From an uncultured delta proteobacterium (lineage in GTDB: Bacteria > Myxococcota_A > Polyangia > Polyangiales > Polyangiaceae): a stretch of DNA of 64,000 nt. Within the stretch, counting starts at the first letter, position 1, and each line of letters starts with the position of its first letter. The notes beneath the pieces are model-generated. The model was not told the DNA's origin. It worked only from the letters and a program-made list of their open reading frames with translations, and did not search any database. This document shows positions 40,833-50,653 of the stretch, piece after piece. The position numbers and the translations under genes are program-made. The stretch is from contig CAWKKR010000011.1 in assembly GCA_963850305.1 (NCBI GenBank), positions 398,473 through 462,472 on the forward strand, given 5' to 3'.

Positions 40833-41267
40833 TCAGGCGCCCGCCGGGTACTTCTCGAGCCACTTCTCGACGTCGCTGACGAACGCGAGGAAGTCGTCCA
40901 GTCGTTCCATCGCGAGAGCGACGCGATCCAGGCGTACGGTCGCGTACTCGTGGACCAGGATGTTGCGAAACCCCGCGAGTCCCACGAGGCGATCCGCGGT
41001 GTCCTTCGAAATCACGCCGCGCGCGACGAGCCGCGGAGGGACCTGCCGGTACTGGTCGACGACCTCTTGAAAAGTGCCGGCGAGCAAGTGGGAACCGGCA
41101 TCGAAGAGCGCCTCGGCGGCGATCTGGAGACCGTGCTCGACGGACCACTCGAGCTTCCCATCGGCCTCGAGCGAAGCGACATCCACGCGACCGAAAGAGC
41201 GGAGTCGACTCACCGCCTGTTCGATGGTGAGCAGCTTTCGCCGGACCACGTCGGGACTAGGGGACAC
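40833..41267 (-). CDS. hepT: HEPN (DUF86/HepT) RNase toxin
   Basis: GFRNILVHEY is the RX4HXY motif; overlaps the MNT gene. Confidence 0.9.
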   Translation of the reverse strand: MSPSPDVVRRKLLTIEQAVSRLRSFGRVDVASLEADGKLEWSVEHGLQIAAEALFDAGSHLLAGTFQEVVDQYRQVPPRLVARGVISKDTADRLVGLAGFRNILVHEYATVRLDRVALAMERLDDFLAFVSDVEKWLEKYPAGA

Positions 41268-41658
41268 GGCCTGCTCCGGCCCGCTCGCGCAGGTACTGGT
41301 GCTGAAGGTCCCGCAGATGCTGCGTGTCCATGAACTCGAGCATCGCCCTCGCTTCGAACGCCGTGCGCTCGTCGTCATTGCGGACGACGAGGCGATCGCC
41401 CGCCGAGATCACCTGCAGTCGCAATAGCGGAGGCGCCGCGTGGAGCTCGACGAGGTCCACCTCCACGCCGGCCGCGGTGGACAGCGCTTCCACCAGGAGG
41501 CCGAAGGCCTCGGCCGAGAGCGGAGGCTCGACCAGCACTGCCACGTCTGCATCGCTCGCGGCCGTCGCGGCCCCTCCTCGTGCCCGCGAACCAAAGAGAT
41601 AGGCAAGGCGAAGACCCGGCACCCGCGTCAGCGCCTGCACGAGCTCCGCTCGATTCAT
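41257..41658 (-). CDS. mntA: minimal nucleotidyltransferase antitoxin
   Basis: YLFGSRARG......SDADVAV and VDLVELHAAPP. Confidence 0.9.
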   Translation of the reverse strand: MNRAELVQALTRVPGLRLAYLFGSRARGGAATAASDADVAVLVEPPLSAEAFGLLVEALSTAAGVEVDLVELHAAPPLLRLQVISAGDRLVVRNDDERTAFEARAMLEFMDTQHLRDLQHQYLRERAGAGRVP

Positions 41659-41720
41659 GAGCGTCGAGGATAACATATGGCGCGTCGAGGGGACTTCGGC
41701 GCTGTGAGTCACCGGGTCAT

Positions 41721-41857
41721 GCCGCGACCGCGGCGTCCGGAGCCGCGTCGTTGTGGAGCGCGCCCCCGTAGACCACGATCGCGCGTCCGTCTCCTCGCGC
41801 GAGAAGCTGCTCGGTCGTCTCCTCCCCGTTGATCGACGCGCCATGGCCCTCCGTATC
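41721..41857 (-). pseudogene. deleted remnant of a homolog of the 44222-45121 gene
   Basis: 41721-41822 matches 44430-44531 with 5 mismatches; 41823-41857 resembles the start region 45100-45134. Confidence 0.8.
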
Positions 41858-42155
41858 AATCGCCGCGCAATCCTAGGCCCCTCAGGCCACAGGGGAAACG
41901 GCACCGCAGATAAGTCCGCCCGCCAACCACGGCGCCAAACGCATCGTCGTCTTCACGGAGCGCGTGGGGAGCGGTACCAGGAGCGGCAACATCTCCCGAT
42001 TGAAGCGCACGGTCGCGGACGGGACTCGCGCATGGCGAGCGCGTTCGGGTCGGCGCACACGGTCTTTCGCGGCTCATTGCGCCCGCGCCCGACGTGAGGA
42101 CCGTTGCGTTCCCTGTCGAACGCTTGCATCTTAGGCCGCACAAGCCGCGGAGGAG

Positions 42156-43387
42156 ATGCCAGTGTCACGCCTACTCGGAATCCGACTGAAAAACTACCGC
42201 GCCCTCGCCGATCTTCGTCTTGGCCAGGTTCAATACAGCAAGGGCGAGCCACTGCCTCGCTTGGTTTGCCTGATCGGACCGAACGGCTCTGGGAAGTCGA
42301 CAATCCTGGACGCCTTCGGGTTCGTCGCCGACTGCCTACTCGAGGGCGTCGAAGCAGCGTGTGACAAGCCGGCTCGAGGCGGTTTCGATCGGCTTCACAC
42401 ACAGGGCTTCAGCGGACCGATCGAGTTCGAGATCTTCTTCGAAGACGACGATGCCGAGCGTCCAATCGTCTACGAGCTGCATGTCGACGTGGTCGAGGGT
42501 GTACCAGCGGTCGTGAAGGAGACGCTGAGACAAAGACAGCAGGGCGAAACGCGCGGCAAGCCCTACTATTTCTCAAACTCGACCGCGGCAAAGGCAAAGT
42601 TTGGACTGGGCAGGCCGTCGACATCAGAGCCCAGAGCAAGGACTCTCAAAAGGTACACCTAGCCGAGCTCGACAAGCTCGGCATCGCGACTCTTGGCAAC
42701 TTGTCGGAGCACCCGCGTATCGTCCGTTTGCGGACCTATATCGAGCAGTGGTACCTTTCCTATTTCGTCCCGGACGCGGCCCGGACGCTCCCCCCGGCCG
42801 GGGCGCAACGGTGGCTCGACCGCACCGGTTCGAACATCGGCAACGTGCTCCAGTACTACCAGCGACAGCACACGAGGCAGTTCGGCGCGATCTTGAAGCG
42901 GCTCGCAAAAGCCATCCCTGGGCTCACGAAGATATCAGCCGAGGTCAGCACCGATAAACGGCTACTCCTGCGGTTCGACGAGCGCGGATATCAGGACCCA
43001 TTTTATCAACAGAGTATGTCCGACGGGACCTTGAAGATGCTCGCCTACGCAGTCCTCCTGGCCGATCCGTCGCCGCGTCCCTTCATTGGTATCGAAGAGC
43101 CGGAGAACGGTCTCTACGTCCGCCTCGTCGAGCGGCTCGCAGGACAATTTGCGAGCCGCGCGAACAACGCTGGGTCCACGACGCAGATACTGGTCACGAC
43201 GCACTCTCCGTATTTCGTCGATGCGCTGCAACCAGAGCAGGTTTGGCTGGTTCGAAAGAACCAAGAAGGACATGCCACCGCGCTTCGGGCCGCGGACGTC
43301 ACAGGCATCCGTGCCATGGCGGAGCAGGGCGTGCCGCTCGGTTCGCTCTGGTACAGCAATCACTTCGATGACGGTGCGCCTGAATGA
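42156..43387 (+). CDS. AAA_21/AAA_15-type ABC ATPase; one frameshift near 42570
   Basis: KNYRAL, GPNGSGKST, MSDGT, IEEPENGL and TTHSP. Adding one T at TATTT joins the halves (PYYF-LKLDRGKG). Confidence 0.88.
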
Positions 43388-44067
43388 CGATTCACGTACT
43401 AGTGGAGGGGCCCTCCGAACGTGCCCTGCTGGAGCGGTGGGCTCCTCGCCTCCTTCAGGACCAAGTCGTAAAGGTGCACCCTCACCAAGGCAAGGGTCGT
43501 CTCCCGAAGGACTCCGGGCGTCCACCCCTGCCGAGACACCGGGGTCTCCTCGACCAGCTGCCAGCCAAGCTCAGAGGGTTCGCGACATCACTCAACGTCG
43601 ATGCTGATCGGGTCGTCGTGCTCGTTGACGCCGACGATGAGGACGTGCCGTCGCTCTATGAGGACATCTCCGAGGTGGTGCGTCGCGTCTCAAAAGCCCT
43701 CCGGGTTGTCGTTGCCATCGCGGTTGAGGAGACGGAAGCCTTTTACCTTGGTGACTTGAGAGCGTTGAAGGCCGGCTTTCCGAACGCGGATATGAAACAA
43801 GCGCGGGCATACGTGCCCGACTCGATCTGTGGCACCTGGGAGCTGTTCGGCAGAATCGTCGGTGACGGTGGGGGCGATAAGGTGGCGTGGGCCGAAACGA
43901 TAGGCCCGCTCCTAACAACGAACGAGAGAGTCAGCCGGTCGCCTTCCTTTCGGAAGCTGTTGATGGCCCTCAATGAGCTGTCGCCCGAGCCGCTCACCCG
44001 AGGGAAACCTGCGCGTGGCTACCGTCATCCACCGAAGCAGCGCAGCGATTCCAGTCGTCGTCGGTGA
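43384..44067 (+). CDS. TOPRIM-like (DUF4276-like) protein
   Basis: VLVEGPSE, LVDADD, EETEAFYLGD and SPSF; ATGA-coupled to the ATPase. Confidence 0.75.
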   Translation: MTIHVLVEGPSERALLERWAPRLLQDQVVKVHPHQGKGRLPKDSGRPPLPRHRGLLDQLPAKLRGFATSLNVDADRVVVLVDADDEDVPSLYEDISEVVRRVSKALRVVVAIAVEETEAFYLGDLRALKAGFPNADMKQARAYVPDSICGTWELFGRIVGDGGGDKVAWAETIGPLLTTNERVSRSPSFRKLLMALNELSPEPLTRGKPARGYRHPPKQRSDSSRRR

Positions 44068-44154
44068 GCCTCCTGTGAGCCACGTGCACGCGAGCGAAGC
44101 CCCGCCAACCGATCGCACTTTCGCAAGCAACGGGGAGCCCGAGCCCGGATCTTC

Positions 44155-44178
44155 TTTGCGGCGAGGGCGGGATTCGAA
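44155..44178 (-). repeat. att-like copy of the tRNA-Ser 3' end
   Basis: TTTGCGGCGAGGGCGGGATTCGAA matches 46399-46422 at 23 of 24 positions. Confidence 0.75.
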
Positions 44179-44221
44179 TCGGGTGCCACGTCCGCGCCGA
44201 TCGTCGCCGAGCTACTGCGTG

Positions 44222-45121
44222 TCACCGGGTCCTTGCAAAGACGAGCGCGAACGATGCTCGCGTGGGCCGGTACAGCGTCACTTTATCCGGGTGGGGCGCG
44301 CGACGAAAAGCGTCGAACCACGGCAGTGCGCGCCAGGCCGGAGTGTCCTTCACGAACTCCGGAACGATGAGATCCAGCTCGACGTACTTGCCTGCGGTTG
44401 CCTTTTCCAGCGCCGGCCCATAGCTCCACGCCGCGACCGCCGCGTCCGGCGCCGCGTCGTTGTGGAGGGCGCCCCCGTAGACCACGATCGCGCGTCCGTC
44501 CCCTCGCGCGAGGAGCTGCTCGGTCGTCTCCGTGAGCAACCGAGTCACGATGCTCAGGCTCGTCAGCACCGCGTTCGGCCCAGCGGCGGCGATGCGCGCG
44601 AGGTCGTCACACGACGGCCGCAACGGGTGCGGCGTGATCCCGAGCCGCCCGGCCGCCTCCGCCAGCGCGACGAACTCATCCTGGTCCGTCTTCGCCTGAT
44701 GTTTCGTGACGACTCTCTGCGCATCGCGGACGGTCTCGGTGGCTTTCCGACACGCGGGATTCGGAAGCATCACCTCGACCACCAGATCGCTTGCCACCCC
44801 CACCAGTAACGGCAACATCTCCCGCGTGAAGCGCAGAGTCGCCGACGGAACCCGCGCGTCCGTGAGTGCGTGCGCCTCCCCTACGCCCAGAACCCTCGGA
44901 TGTTCCGCGAGCACGGCACGAAACGCGGCCGCCCCAGACGCGTACGCATGACATTCCACCTTGCCGCATTCGCTTCCCGGCTCGGCCGCCTGGGCGGAGC
45001 GCGTCGCTCGCAGCGTCGGCAACGAAGCGAGCATGACGGCAGCGGCCGCAAGTGCCAGTGCCGTCGCGACGCGCCGGCGCGCGCCCGGGCCCCGAGTGCT
45101 CTCCGCTGATCGACGCGCCAC
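44222..45121 (-). CDS. hypothetical exported protein (GEAH and GALHND motifs; possibly ChaN/EreA/TIKI-like)
   Basis: Hydrophobic signal segment and GC-rich coding pattern; the family call is tentative. Confidence 0.7.
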   Translation of the reverse strand: MARRSAESTRGPGARRRVATALALAAAAVMLASLPTLRATRSAQAAEPGSECGKVECHAYASGAAAFRAVLAEHPRVLGVGEAHALTDARVPSATLRFTREMLPLLVGVASDLVVEVMLPNPACRKATETVRDAQRVVTKHQAKTDQDEFVALAEAAGRLGITPHPLRPSCDDLARIAAAGPNAVLTSLSIVTRLLTETTEQLLARGDGRAIVVYGGALHNDAAPDAAVAAWSYGPALEKATAGKYVELDLIVPEFVKDTPAWRALPWFDAFRRAPHPDKVTLYRPTRASFALVFARTR

Positions 45122-45171
45122 ATCCCTCTCTATCCCCTTCGACCGGACGCATCCACCAGGTCCGTGACGAG

Positions 45172-45426
45172 CTATTCGGGTGTCCGCGGGCGCGCCCCGA
45201 GCCACTCCTCCGCAACGGTGAGGACGACCAAGGCGTTCACCTGATCGCCGATCAGGTGAATCTCTTCGTCCTCCTGGTCGTGCACGAGGCGGAAGCGCCC
45301 GATGTCGCCCCCCGACTCTCCGTCGGATACTTCGTAAACGGAGCCGTCTTCGGAGTGCACCGCCCCGAGGAGCGCCTGGGCGACCACGTACACCTTCTCA
45401 TCGACGATAACGCGCAAAGCTCGCAT
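45172..45426 (-). CDS. small acidic hypothetical protein
   Basis: 84-aa ORF with globular composition, co-oriented with its neighbours. Confidence 0.55.
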   Translation of the reverse strand: MRALRVIVDEKVYVVAQALLGAVHSEDGSVYEVSDGESGGDIGRFRLVHDQEDEEIHLIGDQVNALVVLTVAEEWLGARPRTPE

Positions 45427-45517
45427 GTCGGCTCAGATTGCCTGACCGGGTCGCCAATCACGCGTCAAGCAGCGCACATCCACGCGTCAGCCTCGTCAAG
45501 ACGGGCTGCCCCGAGGC

Positions 45518-46198
45518 TCACCGCATCAGTTCGTACGGCCCGCCACGCTCGATCGCTCGCCGGTACGCGGGTCGCGCGTGAATCCGCTCGAGATACGCCC
45601 ACAACCTGGGCCTGGTCGCGTCCAGGCCCCCACGCGCCGCGGCCGCTTCGACCGGGAAGCTCATTTGAATGTCGGCGGCAGTGAATTCATCACCCGCGAA
45701 CCAGGTGCTCTTCTCGAGCTCGCTCTCCAGGTAATTCAAGTGCCGCGTGAGCTCCGGCTCTACGAGGATGGCCTTTACCCGAGCCGAAATGGCGCGAGCG
45801 ACGGGCCTCACGAAGAATGGCATCGGTCCTCGCGGGATCCGCGCGAAGATCAGACTCAAGAGCAAGAGCGGCATGAGCGATCCTTCCGCGTAGTGCAGGA
45901 AGTACGTGTAGCGGAGCCGTTCGGGCGAGTCCGGCGGTGGCTCGAGACGACCGGCTCCGTGCGTCTGGACGAGGTACTCGATGATCGCGCCGGACTCCGC
46001 GAGAGTGAGCCCCTTCTCCGTGACGACCGGGGATTTTCCGAGGGGATGCACCGCGCGAAGGGACGCGGGAGCGCGCATGTTCGCGTCTCGCTGGTACTTG
46101 CGGAGCTCGTAGTTCACGCCGAGCTCTTCGAGGAGCCAGAGCACGCGCTGCGAACGCGAGTTGTCGAGGTGGTGAACGACGAGGGTGCTGTCTTCCAT
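45518..46198 (-). CDS. glutathione S-transferase
   Basis: HHLDNSRSQRVLWLLEEL, HPLGKSP, ESGAI and FTAADIQM. Confidence 0.93.
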   Translation of the reverse strand: MEDSTLVVHHLDNSRSQRVLWLLEELGVNYELRKYQRDANMRAPASLRAVHPLGKSPVVTEKGLTLAESGAIIEYLVQTHGAGRLEPPPDSPERLRYTYFLHYAEGSLMPLLLLSLIFARIPRGPMPFFVRPVARAISARVKAILVEPELTRHLNYLESELEKSTWFAGDEFTAADIQMSFPVEAAAARGGLDATRPRLWAYLERIHARPAYRRAIERGGPYELMR

Positions 46199-46241
46199 GG
46201 CCGCGCCATCTTCGCATGGCGCCGTGAAACCGACGGAGAAA

Positions 46242-46419
46242 CCCGCCCCGCCTCCGGCACCGCGAGATTCAACGCACGCGACGCTCCACGTCTTTGATTT
46301 GCGGAGAGGGCGGGATTCCGATTGCCTGGTGTAGGTTCGCATCCCGCCCCGCCTCCGGCACCGCGAGATTCAACGCACGCGACGCTCCACGTCTTTGATT
46401 TGCGGAGAGGGCGGGATTC
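46242..46419. repeat. perfect 77-bp direct repeat (101-bp period) including the last 17 nt of tRNA-Ser
   Basis: 46242-46318 equals 46343-46419. Confidence 0.92.
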
Positions 46420-46489
46420 GAACCCGCGGTGGAGTTTCCCCCACGCCCGCTTAGCAAGCGGGTACCTTCGGCCACTCGGTCACCTCTCC
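46403..46489 (-). tRNA. tRNA-Ser(GCT); CCA not encoded
   Basis: GGAGAGG/CCTCTCC acceptor stem, CCCGC-TTGCTAA-GCGGG anticodon arm, long variable arm, GGTTCGAATCC and discriminator G. Confidence 0.95.
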
Positions 46490-46550
46490 GGTGCGAGGGG
46501 GCCGACACTACCCGTCCCGCAGGGTTCGTCAAGCGCCGGCGAGCGGCGCT

Positions 46551-48362
46551 TCACTTCACGTCGAGGGCGAAAGGAAGCGCAAGAATCGTGGTCTCGCCTT
46601 CGACGAGCGGGGCGAGCGACGCTACGAAGGGGCGCAGGGGCGCGGCAAGGCGCGCGAGCCACGGGGACGCTCCGGAGGCGCTGGTTCGCGCCACCTCCCG
46701 GGAACTCTCCGGACCATCCTCCGCGAAAAGTGTCTCGAGCATCGTCGCGCCGGCACCTTCGACGGTGACGGGGGCGTCGCCCGGAAGTCGCGCAAGGCCG
46801 CGCGCCACGTCGAGCGCTCGCCCGAGACCACCGAGCTCGTCGACGAGATGCAAGTCGCGGCCTTGCACGCCGGACCAGATCCGTCCTTCCGCGACCGCGC
46901 GCACGGCGTCGATCGGCATGCCACGACCTTCGGCGACCCGACGAAGGAAGAGCTCGTACACGCTCTGCATCTGCCTCCGGACCTTCTCTCGCGTGGCGTC
47001 GTCCCAGGGCGATAGCGGAGAGAGAAATGCGGCGCGACTCGCCGCACCCGCACCGGTGCTGGCCGGAAATGTCTCCGCGTGAACGCCGAGGTCCGACAGC
47101 GCGTCGTCGACGACGATCTTGCCCCCGAGCACACCGATCGAGCCGACGATGCTCGTCCGCTCGGCGACGATCTTGGTGGCCGCGCACGCGAGGTAATAAC
47201 CGCCACTCGCCGCCATGTCGCCGACGGACGCGACGACGGGCTTCTTCTTCCTGAGCTCCATGATGTCGTGCCACATGAGATCGCTCGCGAGCGCGGAGCC
47301 GCCCGGCGAGTCGATGCGGAGCACGACGGCCTTCACGGTGTCGTCGTCGGCGAGGCGACGGAACTCGTGTTCCATGCCCTTTGCGGTGATGCCCGAATCC
47401 GACGACAGGATGCCTCCGCCACTCATGGCGATCGAGCCTTGGGCGGGCAGCACCACGATGTGGGCGTGCCTGGTGGAACTGCCCGTTCCGGCGAGGAGAC
47501 GAAGGAACTCGGCCGCTGGAAAGCCGGAATCGTCCGAGCTCTTGTTCCCGAAGGCGACCGTCACGTGCGACGTCTTCGAGCGATCCTCGGCGTCCTTCCG
47601 TGCGTCGCTCTCGTAACCGACGGCGTCGATGAGGCCGCGCTCCTTGGCTTCGTCCGGACCCCAGGGTCCATCCTCGAGGTCGCCCTCCTCCTTGGCCTTG
47701 CGCGCGGCGCCGTAGGTCTCGAGCCACGTACTCCTGATGGACGAGAGCACTGCCGTCAACGACTCGCGTGCCTCGTCGCTCGGTCCTTCTTGCGTGAGCG
47801 ACTCTCCCGCACTCTTGAACCGCCCCATGTGAAGGATGTCGGTGTGGATCTTGAGCTTGTCGAGCGCTCCCTTCAGGTACACGACCTGTCCCGCGATGCC
47901 GACCGTGTCGAGATCACCCGCTGGACTCAACCAGATGCGGCTGCAAGCGCGAGCGGTGAACCAGGCCGCGCGATTGTCGAGCACGTGTGCGTGGCACACG
48001 ACGGGCTTGCCGGTCTTCTCGCGCAGCCGCTGGAAGGCGAGACCGAGCTCCTCCGCATGGGCCCAGCCCATCGTTTCTCCACCGAGCCGGAGGAAAAACC
48101 CGCGGGCAGACGCGTTCGTCGAGGCGCGTTCGATGTCGCGAATGAGGCCCGCGTACGTACGGGACGCCGGTGTCGGCAAGAAAAGGCCAGCGCCGGGCGT
48201 TTCGGGAATGCCGTTGGCGAAGTCGAACTCGAGTACTTCGCCGGTCTTGTCGTCGGCTGGCGTCGCATCATCGCCGGGTTCGGTGTCGAGCGCGGCCGAG
48301 CGGAGCCTCCCGCTGCACGCAACGGCGAGGAGCGCCGTCGCGGCCCATCCAGCTTGCCTCAC
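46551..48362 (-). CDS. sppA: signal peptide peptidase SppA (67K type, S49)
   Basis: FKSAGE, RIDSPGGS, AASGGYY, GSIGV and GRIWSG. Confidence 0.92.
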   Translation of the reverse strand: MRQAGWAATALLAVACSGRLRSAALDTEPGDDATPADDKTGEVLEFDFANGIPETPGAGLFLPTPASRTYAGLIRDIERASTNASARGFFLRLGGETMGWAHAEELGLAFQRLREKTGKPVVCHAHVLDNRAAWFTARACSRIWLSPAGDLDTVGIAGQVVYLKGALDKLKIHTDILHMGRFKSAGESLTQEGPSDEARESLTAVLSSIRSTWLETYGAARKAKEEGDLEDGPWGPDEAKERGLIDAVGYESDARKDAEDRSKTSHVTVAFGNKSSDDSGFPAAEFLRLLAGTGSSTRHAHIVVLPAQGSIAMSGGGILSSDSGITAKGMEHEFRRLADDDTVKAVVLRIDSPGGSALASDLMWHDIMELRKKKPVVASVGDMAASGGYYLACAATKIVAERTSIVGSIGVLGGKIVVDDALSDLGVHAETFPASTGAGAASRAAFLSPLSPWDDATREKVRRQMQSVYELFLRRVAEGRGMPIDAVRAVAEGRIWSGVQGRDLHLVDELGGLGRALDVARGLARLPGDAPVTVEGAGATMLETLFAEDGPESSREVARTSASGASPWLARLAAPLRPFVASLAPLVEGETTILALPFALDVK

Positions 48363-50578
48363 TTGCCGAACCCCGGAAGATCGCTCGTGTCGACGTTGGA
48401 CGGCGTGTTGGTCACCGGCGTGTGGTGTTCCGCGGCAGGCAGGTCGCTCGTGTCCGTGGGCGGCGGCTGGCTCGTGGCCGTCGGGGCGGCCGTCGGAGTC
48501 GCCGCGGGCGCGCGTGCGGAAGGGGTGCTGCTGCCCGACGCCCCCGCCGCTTCTGCGATCCGCGCAGAGGCGTGCTGGCCATAGGGCGTTCCGGGGTCGG
48601 CCTGCCCTGCAACACGCTTGTAGAGCGCGAGCGCTCCTGCTCGATTACCCGATGCCCACTTCATGTCGGCGCTCGCGATGAGCGTGGGAAGGTACGTGGG
48701 GTTCTGTTGAAGAACCGAGTCGTAAAATGTCGCCGCGGCCGCCGTGTCCCCGCGCATGCGGGCGACGTCGCCCAGGCCCGCGAGCGCTTCGACGTTACCG
48801 GGTTGCTGCGCCCGAGCCGCGAGGTAGAGCGATTCGGCTCGCGTGAGATCGCCGCTCCGTTTCGCGGACGATGCATCCTCTAGCAGCTTCCGAAAATCCG
48901 TGACCTTCGGCACTGCCTCCGTTTGCTCGCCTCCGCTCGTCGGCTGGGCAACGGCTGGAACCGGGACGAGCGGCGACGCCACGCTCGGCGCTGCGGGCGC
49001 CGCACTCGCCGACGTCGTCGGCCCGGCTACCGCGCGACCCACGAAGGCGCGCAGAGGCGAAAGGAGCGGGTTCGCTGGCGACGCGGACTCTAGCTTCGTG
49101 AGCTCGTCCTTCGCGGCGTCGACCGCGCCGGAGCTCGCAAGCGCGTAGATCAGGGCGGCGCGCGCGCGTCCGATGCCGCGCTCGGCCGACGCCGCGGCGC
49201 GCATGCGATCGATGATGGTCGGCCACGCGGGCTTCGGCTCGGCGAGATCGAGCGCGGCGAGCACGTAGGCGCTGTCGGGATCGGTCGCATCGGCGCCGAG
49301 CGACGCGACGAGGCCGCGGGCTCCAGCAACGTTACCGTCGAGCCGGAGAGCGTCGATACGCACGCGCAGCACCGCAGGATCGTTCGGCGCAACGGCGGAG
49401 GCGGCATCCACGGCCTTGTGAACCTTCGCGATACGCTGCTCGAGCTCCGCCCGTCCGGCGTCCAGGTCCACCTTCTGGTTGGGATCGATGAGCCTGAGCG
49501 CGAGCCAGCTGACGTCGGCGCGCGCCGCCTCCAGGCGTGCGAGGCCGGACAGGACCGCCGGATTCTGCTCGGCCAGCGCGCTCGCCTTGTCGAGCTCTTC
49601 CTTGGCGCTCTCCAGGTCCCCGTCCGTGAAAGCCGCATCGCTTTGCGCGAGCAGCTTCTGCACGCGATTGTCGGGCAATGGCGCGACGGGCGCTCTCACG
49701 ACGGCGAGCTTCTTGACGTAACGAACGCCGACGGTCCCGCCGACGAACGCGAGACCCGCGAGGATCACGAGACCGACGATCCACCGAAGCGCAAATGTCT
49801 GGCGCGGAGCGACGCTCGGGATCGACTCGTCGCTGAACGAATCTTGGTACGCGCGGAACGCCGCGTTCATCTGAGCGTCGTCGACGACTCGAGGCTGTGC
49901 GGAGGGCTGCGCGGCCGCGTAGGAACCGGGGCTTTGCATCGTGGCGGCGAGGGCTCGCTCCGCCGGTTGTTGCGCGTAGACCGGCTGCTGGGCGTACGAT
50001 GGCTCAGGAGCTGGATTTCGCGGAACCGTTCGAGGCTCCTGTTCCTCCGACTGCGTGGACGGCCGCGGAGGAGGAGGCGGAGCCGCTCGTTTCGGTACGA
50101 AGCCGGGCGCCCCGGCGGAGACCGCCGTGTAGGGCGGCGGCGTCGGCGCCTCGATGAACGGCGGGTGATCGGGCACCGTATCGCCGCCCGAGGTCGACCC
50201 CGACGGAGCCATACCGAGAAGCGTGCGCTGCACCGTGTCCGGCGGCTGATTCGGAGACGGGCTCTGCGCCTGGAAGAATGGCTCGAGCTCGGCGATCATG
50301 CCGAGCGCGCGCAACGGATAACCGCCGCGCTGCAGCTGATCGTTCGGACCGACCTGCTTCTGCGCAATCGCGCGCTGCAGGTCGCGCAGCGACGTGTAAA
50401 CGAGCTCGCGGCCCGAGCTTTTCCTGACTACCCACCGCTCGGGAGCACCGCCCCCGCCGCCCGGATACACCTTGAACTGGTGCCCGCAGTTGGTGCACTT
50501 GACCGTAGTTCCGCGCTCCGAGACGAGAGCGTCATCGAAGTCGTACTCGGTGCCACAGCGACTACAGCGGACGTCCAT
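48359..50578 (-). CDS. zinc-ribbon (MJ0042-type) / Pro-rich / TM / TPR membrane protein, AgmX-like architecture
   Basis: CSRC...VKCTNC.HQF, one TM helix and TPR-like helices. Confidence 0.82.
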   Translation of the reverse strand: MDVRCSRCGTEYDFDDALVSERGTTVKCTNCGHQFKVYPGGGGGAPERWVVRKSSGRELVYTSLRDLQRAIAQKQVGPNDQLQRGGYPLRALGMIAELEPFFQAQSPSPNQPPDTVQRTLLGMAPSGSTSGGDTVPDHPPFIEAPTPPPYTAVSAGAPGFVPKRAAPPPPPRPSTQSEEQEPRTVPRNPAPEPSYAQQPVYAQQPAERALAATMQSPGSYAAAQPSAQPRVVDDAQMNAAFRAYQDSFSDESIPSVAPRQTFALRWIVGLVILAGLAFVGGTVGVRYVKKLAVVRAPVAPLPDNRVQKLLAQSDAAFTDGDLESAKEELDKASALAEQNPAVLSGLARLEAARADVSWLALRLIDPNQKVDLDAGRAELEQRIAKVHKAVDAASAVAPNDPAVLRVRIDALRLDGNVAGARGLVASLGADATDPDSAYVLAALDLAEPKPAWPTIIDRMRAAASAERGIGRARAALIYALASSGAVDAAKDELTKLESASPANPLLSPLRAFVGRAVAGPTTSASAAPAAPSVASPLVPVPAVAQPTSGGEQTEAVPKVTDFRKLLEDASSAKRSGDLTRAESLYLAARAQQPGNVEALAGLGDVARMRGDTAAAATFYDSVLQQNPTYLPTLIASADMKWASGNRAGALALYKRVAGQADPGTPYGQHASARIAEAAGASGSSTPSARAPAATPTAAPTATSQPPPTDTSDLPAAEHHTPVTNTPSNVDTSDLPGFGK

Positions 50579-50653
50579 CTATAAACGAGGTCCCGAATGG
50601 CGAGACCGCCAACTTACCACTCTCTTCAACATAGAGTGGTGCCCAGGGCTCGT

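Noticed and set aside
39955..41070. Heptad-repeat ORFs (RENASVG/RETRFTH, PTEASSR) across the array
   Set aside because: The frames are broken five times and show no synonymous bias or clear RBS, so they were not called as CDS.
46334..46358. Second tRNA on the + strand
   Set aside because: Only a T-arm/acceptor-like fragment is present, with no D or anticodon arm.
40800..46500. Prophage or intact mobile element
   Set aside because: No integrase, transposase or phage structural gene is visible; only att-like relics remain.
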